Shown: piece by piece, positions 40,972 through 48,752 of the stretch | Layout of the letters: each line of letters begins with the position of its first letter | Numbering within the stretch: position 1 is the first letter of the stretch | Virus record (IMG/VR): IMGVR_UViG_3300013119_000619 | DNA from: an uncultured virus (IMG/VR IMGVR_UViG_3300013119_000619) | Lineage: Duplodnaviria; Heunggongvirae; Uroviricota; Caudoviricetes | Reading direction: 5' to 3' (one strand) | DNA length: 64,000 nt | The notes under the pieces: model-generated | What the model was told of the DNA's origin: nothing | Database searches by the model: none | The model's input: only the letters and a program-made list of their open reading frames with translations | Made by a program: the position numbers and the translations under genes

Positions 40972-41906
40972 TAGGCACTAAGTCTCTGTTTTATTCTTCT
41001 ACCGATACCAAATTTTTCAACATCTTTTGGGTCTCTTGTTGCTTTTGTAGGATCTTTAACTATGATACCTTCTTTGTTTCTAAAAAGATCTATAAGTTTT
41101 ACGTTTCTAGGTATGTTACTTTTCACCCATGTCATTACTTTTTCAAGTGCTTTTTCAGAAGTATCAATACGTTGTCCTTCTCGTTTTATTCTAAAATATT
41201 CAAAGTCTTGAACATTCTCAATTTCTTTATCTTGTGCAAATGCACTACTCTTAAATTTAACCGTATTATTTTTATTATTCAAAACAATATTCACCTGTCC
41301 ATCAACACCTCTTGGTAAATTGCCTTTAATGACATTATACATAGATGTAGCGGCACCTGTATGCGTAGCAATCATAATATCATCTGGTACAATTCTATCT
41401 CGTTCTTTATTTTGCTTGACCGCAATATGATAATTCGTAAGAACCCATGTAATATGAATATCTCTAGGTTGATAACCTGCTCTCAATAACATAGGCATTG
41501 CTTCATCAATCTCTTCTGTGTCTTTAAATGTTATGTCAAACATAATGTTAGGTAGTCTGTCAGGTCTTACATCTCTCAAAAGCAATTGAAGACTTCTACC
41601 TTTGATACCCATCTTTTTAACTGCCATGTGTAACTTGAAAACATCATCAGGATTTCTAAGATTTAACCCTTTAAGTTCAGAATATTTTTTTATCGTTGAG
41701 GACAATTTAATAAACAATTTCTTCCATTCATCCACATCACGAACCTTGAAAAGTTCTTTTTGCATAAATTTTTCAGAAGCAAATCCTTTACCAGATCCTG
41801 CACCTCCAGCAAGAAAAACGATTTGTCCATATTTTTTACCGCCACCATAGACAATGAGTTTTTCTTCTAATGGTACGGCAGTTTTAAATTGTGTGTAGTT
41901 TAACAT
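40971..41906 (-). CDS. P-loop kinase (zeta-toxin/AAA_33-like)
   Basis: Walker A FLAGGAGSGKG, VRDVDE, IMFDIT, and lid NKERDRIVP; GGGAG RBS. Confidence 0.75.
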   Translation of the reverse strand: MLNYTQFKTAVPLEEKLIVYGGGKKYGQIVFLAGGAGSGKGFASEKFMQKELFKVRDVDEWKKLFIKLSSTIKKYSELKGLNLRNPDDVFKLHMAVKKMGIKGRSLQLLLRDVRPDRLPNIMFDITFKDTEEIDEAMPMLLRAGYQPRDIHITWVLTNYHIAVKQNKERDRIVPDDIMIATHTGAATSMYNVIKGNLPRGVDGQVNIVLNNKNNTVKFKSSAFAQDKEIENVQDFEYFRIKREGQRIDTSEKALEKVMTWVKSNIPRNVKLIDLFRNKEGIIVKDPTKATRDPKDVEKFGIGRRIKQRLSA

Positions 41907-41919
41907 TTATACTCCCTTA

Positions 41920-43545
41920 TTATTCGTCACCTGCTTCATCCTCATTCCAAGTATTATCATCCGCTACAAGTGCATCTAGAAAAGATTGGTCCGCACCAGC
42001 ATCTAACATTTCCTGATTTGTTACTCCATATAAATCTTCTAAAATTTCTAATTTTTCAGTCAAATTATCTTTTACTAATTTCATATCCATATAGTAAGAA
42101 TCCCCAACAATTTTGTGACTTAATTCCGTAATCAAATAATTTCCAGAATAATATCTATGTTTTTCGTTTGCAAAATGTGATGACGGCAAATCGATATTTA
42201 CTATATCACCAACTGTTCTTGTATGATTTCCAGGCACTCTAATAGATAAAACAATATTCTTCATTTGTCTATTTTTTGAATTGTTTGGGAGTAACCACCT
42301 TTCTGTTTGAAAATCAAAATTTATTTCTTGGCCCATATCTTTTGATAAAATCTTTACTTGTTTTCTAGCATCTCTTTCAAAGTTTGTTGATACATACTTA
42401 TAACTGGCTTCTGGACTACCATATGCAAAATGTTTTTTAGTAATAATTGGATTTGCTGGCCCAAAATTATGTGTAAATTGATTAAATCTTCGTAAATAAT
42501 CAAAATCATAAAATTTTTGTCTTACACTTGATTTTCTTGTTGCCTTGGTTGATCCAGATGTAGATGCATATGCCCCTTCATTATCAATTGCTCCAACTCT
42601 CATAGTGATTGGATCATATGTCAATAATCTAGAATTATACATACCACCTACTAAATTTGCCACGACATTAAAAGTCGATTCAAATTTGAATGACGTAATG
42701 ATATTTGACTCCGAAGACAAGTCAAAAAGATCACTTTCTGACATGGCATTTGCTGGCATCAAAATGTATTTGTCTATTACAGGATTTTCTTCAAATTGCA
42801 ATTGCTTTGATCTATTAACATTTGCTAATGTTGATTCCCCTTCATATGTTTCAAGATCTTGTACAGATGTTTTTGGTTGCATGAGAGTATCAATCGTTTT
42901 GAAATTAAAACCATCCTTGTTTTCATAAAAAAGAAATTTCGCTCCTATAGTTGAACCTCTTCCAGATACAGATTTTTTAGCAACAAGATTAATGCATTCA
43001 AAAGGTCTAAACATTCCCATAACCATTTGCATTTGAAAAAGAGTAGAATCACTATTATTTTTTTCGTATCCGAATAATGGTTTCTGAAAAGTTACATTTG
43101 TTTTTATAAACTCGTGATAAATGTCACTCACTATTTCATATCCAAAATCTTTATATGAACGTGACACTTTAAATTTTAAATTAGCAATATATTCTTCCGA
43201 AACGAAAAACAATACATAGGCTTGCTTTTTACTCTCATCAATTAATTTCGGAGACATATTATAAATGACAAAATGTTTATTTTGAATTGGAACGTTATTC
43301 AAATCTTTTGACCCAAATCTAATGTTTATTCTCTCTTGTCCTATAATTGGTACTCGTTCTTCAAAACCACCGATATCAAGTATTGTTATTTCACCATGAA
43401 TAACATTATCATTTAAAGATTCATGTATAGCGAAATCAATTACAACACTAGAATCTAATTCAATTTTTTCATTTTTATAGTTCGTAATTACAACACCGCT
43501 TTTAGATTCGGCAGGTTGTTGATTATCTAATTTTGCATCAGCCAT
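41920..43545 (-). CDS. Baseplate hub protein (gp27-like / late-control-D-like)
   Basis: IHES..IHGEITILD..PIIGQE, FLFYENKDGFNF, VPGN...VGD, YSGNYLITELSHKI; between gp53 and gp5. Confidence 0.75.
   Translation of the reverse strand: MADAKLDNQQPAESKSGVVITNYKNEKIELDSSVVIDFAIHESLNDNVIHGEITILDIGGFEERVPIIGQERINIRFGSKDLNNVPIQNKHFVIYNMSPKLIDESKKQAYVLFFVSEEYIANLKFKVSRSYKDFGYEIVSDIYHEFIKTNVTFQKPLFGYEKNNSDSTLFQMQMVMGMFRPFECINLVAKKSVSGRGSTIGAKFLFYENKDGFNFKTIDTLMQPKTSVQDLETYEGESTLANVNRSKQLQFEENPVIDKYILMPANAMSESDLFDLSSESNIITSFKFESTFNVVANLVGGMYNSRLLTYDPITMRVGAIDNEGAYASTSGSTKATRKSSVRQKFYDFDYLRRFNQFTHNFGPANPIITKKHFAYGSPEASYKYVSTNFERDARKQVKILSKDMGQEINFDFQTERWLLPNNSKNRQMKNIVLSIRVPGNHTRTVGDIVNIDLPSSHFANEKHRYYSGNYLITELSHKIVGDSYYMDMKLVKDNLTEKLEILEDLYGVTNQEMLDAGADQSFLDALVADDNTWNEDEAGDE
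41932..42029. repeat. 98-bp perfect direct repeat, copy 2 (hub gene C-terminus)
   Basis: Identical to 38197-38294. Confidence 0.97.
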
Positions 43546-44113
43546 ATATTGTTCTAGATTCCTCTAAAATTTGTTGAGCGTAAACATCTTCAATTAAAAT
43601 TATATTTCTTTTTGATTCATTTTCTAAAATTTCATAATCAAAATTACTTATGCTTTTTCGTTCACTTGCAAGTAAACTATCATAGGTAGTCTTATCCACA
43701 TGCACGGTCTTTTCCAATATTCTCTCTGTGTCAGTAGTTGCCGCCACTTCTGTTCTCAAAATTTGCTCATAATGATGAACCGTATTTGATGCAGAAAGTA
43801 TCGAACCATACTTATTTACTATAAAATTTTGTAATTGTTTTCCAAAAAAAGGCCAGTCATAATATACGTCAAAAATTTCATTTGCATATAAAATTAACCA
43901 CATAAAATCTACCGAACCATAATACATGTGTGCAAGAGTATCAGGCCTCTCACCCTCTTGAACTTGATAAGGATAGTAAGATGTGATATTCGATAAAATT
44001 TTATCTCTTACAAAATTTCTTCTAAAAATATCTACCGCCAAATATTCAGTAGAAGGTTTTTTTCTATCTAAATCATATGTAATTAAAGGTAGATTTGAAA
44101 AATACTCTGACAT
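43538..44113 (-). CDS. gp53: Baseplate wedge protein (T4 gp53-like, LysM fold)
   Basis: YFSNLP, EGERPDTLAHMYYGS..WLILYAN...DWP, HHYE, NESKR. Confidence 0.93.
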   Translation of the reverse strand: MSEYFSNLPLITYDLDRKKPSTEYLAVDIFRRNFVRDKILSNITSYYPYQVQEGERPDTLAHMYYGSVDFMWLILYANEIFDVYYDWPFFGKQLQNFIVNKYGSILSASNTVHHYEQILRTEVAATTDTERILEKTVHVDKTTYDSLLASERKSISNFDYEILENESKRNIILIEDVYAQQILEESRTIYG

Positions 44114-44114
44114 G

Positions 44115-45215
44115 TTAACCCTCTAAATTTGTAGCAAGATTTCTTGATAAAGCAAAATTTTCTTTGAATGTGATATCCATTTTGACATGTTGAGGTGCTC
44201 CATTTTTAAAAAACACTTGCTGACCTCCTTCTCCATATGACAATTTTAAATTTAATATTGAAGACTGTCCTATTTGATGAAGAAACTCATTTTTTGTGCC
44301 GTTTGTTTTGTAAAATTTAATAGTGTATACATTTGGGTAATTGAAAAATGCAGACTTCAATAAACTTGTTTGTGCATCAGATGCAGGTGCTGTTTTAATA
44401 TATTTTGTACCAGCTAAAGGACCTGCTTTAATCGTTTTCAATTGTTCAATTTGATATTTTTCAGTCTTTTTTTTATTTTCAACATCTGGTTTATGATAAT
44501 CAGGTAACATGCCTGCTTTCAATTTTGTTATGATTTTTAAAATGTTTTTCGATTCATCAGAATTTCTTGGATAAAAATCAAATGAGAATGCATGTTGTCT
44601 TCTTTCTTTTACACCTGCAAAAACTAATGTAGAATATGGATTTCCAGTCTTTCTCATAGATAATGATGCCACTGATGCAGTCTTATCTTTCGATAATAAT
44701 AGTCCACCAACCGCATCACCAATGTTAAATGCCATTCGTGTACTCATATCTTGTTCAATATATCTATTCACATTTGGTGATAATTCAGAACCAACCGTAG
44801 TTGCTATTTTTTTATAAAAATCAAATGATTTTGAAATTTGATTTCTATCAGAATGTACAATGTTAGGTAATTGTGCCTGTAATCGATTTAACACATCTGA
44901 TGATTCTGAATTTAGTAATGCACCAAAAAATCCAAAGTCTACTTTTTCATGACTTGCATTATATTGTGTTTTTAAAGAACCTTTTGGTAAATACAAAGCA
45001 AACGCATTACGTGACTCATATGGTGCAGTAGTTGATATTTGTTCTGAAAAACGAGTTAAGGCATCTCTGTTTTTTGTATTTGTGTTTTTATATTGGTACT
45101 CAGTAATCATCATAAAATGTCCAACTTCATCACTAGCAACATTTTCAGGAAATTTTTCAATTGCAGTAACTCCTAGACTTCGTTTTATATTATTTAATTT
45201 TTCCTGCGGTGACAT
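44115..45215 (-). CDS. gp48: Baseplate tail-tube cap (T4 gp48-like), paralog B
   Basis: ALYLP, NPYSTLVF...R.HAFSFDFYPRNSDES..I..II, MDITFKE. Confidence 0.75.
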   Translation of the reverse strand: MSPQEKLNNIKRSLGVTAIEKFPENVASDEVGHFMMITEYQYKNTNTKNRDALTRFSEQISTTAPYESRNAFALYLPKGSLKTQYNASHEKVDFGFFGALLNSESSDVLNRLQAQLPNIVHSDRNQISKSFDFYKKIATTVGSELSPNVNRYIEQDMSTRMAFNIGDAVGGLLLSKDKTASVASLSMRKTGNPYSTLVFAGVKERRQHAFSFDFYPRNSDESKNILKIITKLKAGMLPDYHKPDVENKKKTEKYQIEQLKTIKAGPLAGTKYIKTAPASDAQTSLLKSAFFNYPNVYTIKFYKTNGTKNEFLHQIGQSSILNLKLSYGEGGQQVFFKNGAPQHVKMDITFKENFALSRNLATNLEG

Positions 45216-46171
45216 TAAAATTTCTCCTGTAAAATTTGATACCTATCATTTTCTTTTCTTACATTATCTCTGGTATAAATTTTAGATTCTGTAAATGTCA
45301 TGTTTATAACTGTACTGACTGGTGATGCATCTTTGTGAAATGCGGGTGCTCCTTCAGTTTCATAATCAACTGAGAAACTGGTCATGGCGGCATCATTAAT
45401 GCTTGGTAAATAGCGAGAACCATAGAGTTGTCCATCTTTTACTCCAAAATCACTTCTTTCGGAATCACTTCTTGATGTAAAGAAATCTACATAAAACCTT
45501 CTTGGTAATGTTTGCAATCCTGTTTGTTGTTTGTACAAAAATTCTCCATCTTCATCATATTGATCTATTACCTCGTCTTCGGGCAACATAGAATTTCTAA
45601 AAAATTTAATAATTTGTGTAAGATTTTGCGTGTCTGTTGAATTTCTTGGATGACACCTAAAAGTAAAATTAAAAGTTTTGAATCCTATACTCTTAAATAC
45701 ACCTGTAATGTATGGATTTACTGCATTATTTGTAGCAGATGTGACAATCTGTCCAGCGACAGAGGCTTGTCCATCTCCTGTACTGATTCCAGGTATAAAT
45801 TCTACTGCTTTTTTTGCAACAACTTGTCCAAGTAGTCCTGTATTAAATGATCCGAGACCACTCATAATTGATTTTTTTATATTTTCTAAACTGACTTCCG
45901 TTGCAATACTTCCCCCAACTCCTACCGCAGTAGCACCTAAAGGTCCTAAATTGGCATCTGTATATTCCACTTTATAATCATCAACAATATCTAAAGGCAT
46001 AGGTAATGCAATTGTACCCACCAACGTTTGTTTTCCTCCTTTTTTTATATCTTTGACCAATATATAAGTGAAGTGCTTTTCTTCGTCAGAACCACCTAAT
46101 GTTGAGGGAAATGCAAAATCATTTTTTCCCTGACTTTTTAATGCTTGAATTTTTTCTACTGGGTTAGACAT
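45215..46171 (-). CDS. gp48: Baseplate tail-tube cap (T4 gp48-like), paralog A (start corrected to MSNPVEK at 46171)
   Basis: IALPMP, NPY..VFKSIGFKTFNFTF..HPRN..D..L.QIIKFFR, MTFTE; AGGAG RBS before 46171; ACTAAATA at 46192-46199. Confidence 0.75.
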   Translation of the reverse strand: MSNPVEKIQALKSQGKNDFAFPSTLGGSDEEKHFTYILVKDIKKGGKQTLVGTIALPMPLDIVDDYKVEYTDANLGPLGATAVGVGGSIATEVSLENIKKSIMSGLGSFNTGLLGQVVAKKAVEFIPGISTGDGQASVAGQIVTSATNNAVNPYITGVFKSIGFKTFNFTFRCHPRNSTDTQNLTQIIKFFRNSMLPEDEVIDQYDEDGEFLYKQQTGLQTLPRRFYVDFFTSRSDSERSDFGVKDGQLYGSRYLPSINDAAMTSFSVDYETEGAPAFHKDASPVSTVINMTFTESKIYTRDNVRKENDRYQILQEKF

Positions 46172-46199
46172 TATTCTCCTGATATACATAATATTTAGT

Positions 46200-46640
46200 A
46201 TGTCTTACAAAGGTCGGTACAAAGTTAAAAATCTTAATAAATATAAAGGTGATCCTACAAGTGTAACATATCGTTCATTATGGGAACGTAAGTTTATGTT
46301 ATACTGTGATGACAATCCAAGCATTCTAAAATGGTCTAGTGAAGAAATTGTTATACCATATCGTTCACCTATAGATAAAAAAGTACATAGGTATTTTCCA
46401 GACTTTTGGATTCAAGTATTAAATAACAAGGGTATTAAAGAAGGTATTCTAATAGAAGTTAAACCTAAAGCACAAACGACCGCCCCTAAAAAGAAGTCAC
46501 GCATCACAAAAAAATATTTACGAGAAGTTTACACATACGGTGTGAATGAAGCAAAGTGGAAAGCCGCAACTGAATATTGTAAAGATAGAGGTTGGAAGTT
46601 TCAGATTTTGACTGAGGACCACATCTTTGGTAATAAATAA
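46200..46640 (+). CDS. gp4: Head completion nuclease (T4 gp4-like, TnsA-like fold)
   Basis: YKGDP..YRSLWERKFM.YCD.NP....WSSEE..IPY, HRYFPDF, IEVKP, NEAKWKAA. Confidence 0.95.
   Translation: MSYKGRYKVKNLNKYKGDPTSVTYRSLWERKFMLYCDDNPSILKWSSEEIVIPYRSPIDKKVHRYFPDFWIQVLNNKGIKEGILIEVKPKAQTTAPKKKSRITKKYLREVYTYGVNEAKWKAATEYCKDRGWKFQILTEDHIFGNK
46632..46639 (+). promoter_or_regulatory. Late promoter variant AATAAATA, 5 nt before gp2 ATG
   Basis: TAATAAATAATAATATGGCT context. Confidence 0.7.
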
Positions 46641-46644
46641 TAAT

Positions 46645-47229
46645 ATGGCTGAAAGAGAAAAATCGTTTCTTGAAAAACTCAAGGATGCGTTAACTAAAAG
46701 TCAAGGCAGAGTAAAAACAAGGAATGCAAGAGATTGGTTTCAAAGAAAAGCCAGGGCATTAAAATCAGAATTAAGAAGTAAGTTCACACAAGTTGATACT
46801 GCTGATGAATTCTATCAAAAATCTAAAAAGACAAGTAAACGTAATATTGGACCTGGTTCAATGTTTGCATATTTTTATGATCCAAAATATAAAAAAGAAT
46901 TAAAATACTATGATAGATTCCCTCTTGTTCTTGTATTTGATTTTAAGCCAAATGGTTTCATTGGTTGTAATATGCACTATCTACCACCTCTCTTGAGAGC
47001 AAAATTGATGGACGAAATCGACAAAGCAAAAGGTATAAATTGGAAAGCATTGTCAAGAATAAAAGAAGTGAAACCAACAGTCAAAAGATATTTGTACAAA
47101 CATATAAGTTCTAAGGTCGTTGAGATTGCAGATGATGAAAGAGAAATAGCATTGTTTCTACCAACAGAACGTTTTAAGAAAGAAAGCAAACTCGTAGTTT
47201 GGGGAGATAGTAGGAGCATGATCAAATGA
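46645..47229 (+). CDS. gp2: DNA end protector (T4 gp2-like; start corrected to 46645)
   Basis: YFYDPKYK..L.YYDRFPL, G.NMHYLPP..R, KRYL..H, LPTERF, VWGDS. Confidence 0.93.
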   Translation: MAEREKSFLEKLKDALTKSQGRVKTRNARDWFQRKARALKSELRSKFTQVDTADEFYQKSKKTSKRNIGPGSMFAYFYDPKYKKELKYYDRFPLVLVFDFKPNGFIGCNMHYLPPLLRAKLMDEIDKAKGINWKALSRIKEVKPTVKRYLYKHISSKVVEIADDEREIALFLPTERFKKESKLVVWGDSRSMIK

Positions 47230-47795
47230 CAGATATAGGAAAATTAACAAACCTTACAAATTTTAATCCTGTACCAGTAAATAGGTACATAGCAAAAGTA
47301 TACTGTCCTATCGTTTCAAGTATTAATACGCAAACTCTGGCTATGACGGTAGAAAGTGCAGAACTTCCAGGCAAAACAATCACTACGAGTGAATCAAGAT
47401 TATATGGACCTGTAAGAAAAATACCTTATAATCTAGGTTTTATAGATACGACATTTACGTTTATGTGTTCAGATGCTTATATAGTAGAAAAAAGATTTTT
47501 TGATAAATGGGCAGATTATATTATTAATCCTGATACTTTTGATGTAGAGTATCATGATAGTTTAGTAGGAAATATCAATCTACAATTAATGGATAATCAT
47601 AATGAAGTAATGTACGAGGTAGACTACATAGACGTTTTTCCTATCAACGTAAGTGCAATGAACTTAGGATTTGGTCAGATGAATGACTATGCAAAATTTT
47701 CTGTTACATTTTCTTATAGAAAATGGAAGGCAAAAGATATTGAATTTAATACCCCTTCTCAGCAATCATTAAATCCTGCTGATAGATTAGGGTAA
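47226..47795 (+). CDS. gp54: Tail tube initiator (T4 gp54-like, gp19 fold)
   Basis: ESAELPGKTI, FFDKWADYI, VFPINVSAMNL...FSVTFSYRKW. Confidence 0.8.
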   Translation: MTDIGKLTNLTNFNPVPVNRYIAKVYCPIVSSINTQTLAMTVESAELPGKTITTSESRLYGPVRKIPYNLGFIDTTFTFMCSDAYIVEKRFFDKWADYIINPDTFDVEYHDSLVGNINLQLMDNHNEVMYEVDYIDVFPINVSAMNLGFGQMNDYAKFSVTFSYRKWKAKDIEFNTPSQQSLNPADRLG

Positions 47796-47831
47796 TTAAT
47801 AATTTGTGACACAGGCTAACAAGGAGATATT

Positions 47832-48566
47832 ATGGCTTTACCGGTGCTTAATGCACCAACTTATGAATTGACTCTTACATCAACCGAAGAAACGATACGT
47901 TATCGTCCTTTTTTGGTGAAAGAAGAGAAAATTTTGTTGATGGCATTAGAAAGTGGTGATGATAAAGAAATGATGAGATCTATGAAACAAATCATTTCAA
48001 ATTGTGTGGAGAAAGAGATAAACATTGAAAAGTTGCCTCTATTCGATATACAGTATTTGTTTTTAAATATAAGAAGTCAATCAGTAGGTGAGACTTCTCA
48101 ATTAAGATTTAAACATCCTGATGATACAAATTCAAAAGGTAAAACTTGCACACATATCCAAGATGTTGTAATTAATCTTAAAGAAATAAAACCAGAAGCA
48201 GTTGAAGGACATACAAAAAAAATTAATTTAACAAATGATGTTGGTGTGACTATGACCTATCCTGGTTTTGACATGTATGACAAAATTATTGCACTTCAAG
48301 ACGAAACTGCTTTAGATATAATATTTGATATTGTATCGAGTAGTATAGAGATGATTTACAAAGGTGAAGAAGTTTTTTATGCTGAAGATCATACAAAAGA
48401 AGAGGTGATAGAATTTTTAAATAGTTTGAGTTCTATTCAATTTAATAAAATAAGAAATTTTTTTCAAACTATGCCTTATCTTAGGCACGAATTCGATTAT
48501 AGTTGTGATAAATGCGGTTGCACAGAACATGTAACATTAGCGGGAATTGAAGATTTTTTCGCATAA
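47832..48566 (+). CDS. gp26: Baseplate hub assembly chaperone (T4 gp26-like)
   Basis: MALP...PTYEL, YRPFLVKEEKILLMA, FDIQYLFLNIRSQSVGE, FFQTMP, CxxC, ends GIEDFFA. Confidence 0.92.
   Translation: MALPVLNAPTYELTLTSTEETIRYRPFLVKEEKILLMALESGDDKEMMRSMKQIISNCVEKEINIEKLPLFDIQYLFLNIRSQSVGETSQLRFKHPDDTNSKGKTCTHIQDVVINLKEIKPEAVEGHTKKINLTNDVGVTMTYPGFDMYDKIIALQDETALDIIFDIVSSSIEMIYKGEEVFYAEDHTKEEVIEFLNSLSSIQFNKIRNFFQTMPYLRHEFDYSCDKCGCTEHVTLAGIEDFFA
48554..48560 (+). other. Putative -1 programmed ribosomal frameshift heptamer T TTT TTC
   Basis: X XXY YYZ in gp26 frame (GAT TTT TTC GCA TAA); -1 frame opens right after TGA at 48548-48550. Confidence 0.7.
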
Positions 48567-48751
48567 GCCTGTGTCACGAAAATCTTCAAAATCACTATAT
48601 GACAAATTTTAACTTGATGCAACACCACAAATATAGTTTGACTGAATTAGACAATATGATACCATTTGAAAGAGAAATTTATGTACAATTATTGATACAA
48701 CATATTAAAGAAGAAAACGAAAGGTTGAGAGACCAACAAAACCAGAGATAA
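48554..48751 (+). CDS. gp51: gp51-like hub assembly protein, in the -1 frame relative to gp26 (first ATG 48599; not in ORF track)
   Basis: FFRISLCHENLQNHYMTNFNLMQHHKYSLTELDNMIPFEREIYVQLLIQHIKEENERLRDQQNQR*; MQHHKYSL..MIPFER.IY is the gp51-type signature. Confidence 0.85.
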   Translation, partial: FFRISLCHENLQNHYMTNFNLMQHHKYSLTELDNMIPFEREIYVQLLIQHIKEENERLRDQQNQR

Positions 48752-48752
48752 A

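Noticed and set aside
38197..42029. 98-bp repeat as a diversity-generating retroelement TR/VR pair
   Set aside because: Core copies are identical, flanking mismatches are not adenine-specific, both copies are coding, and no reverse transcriptase is in the window.
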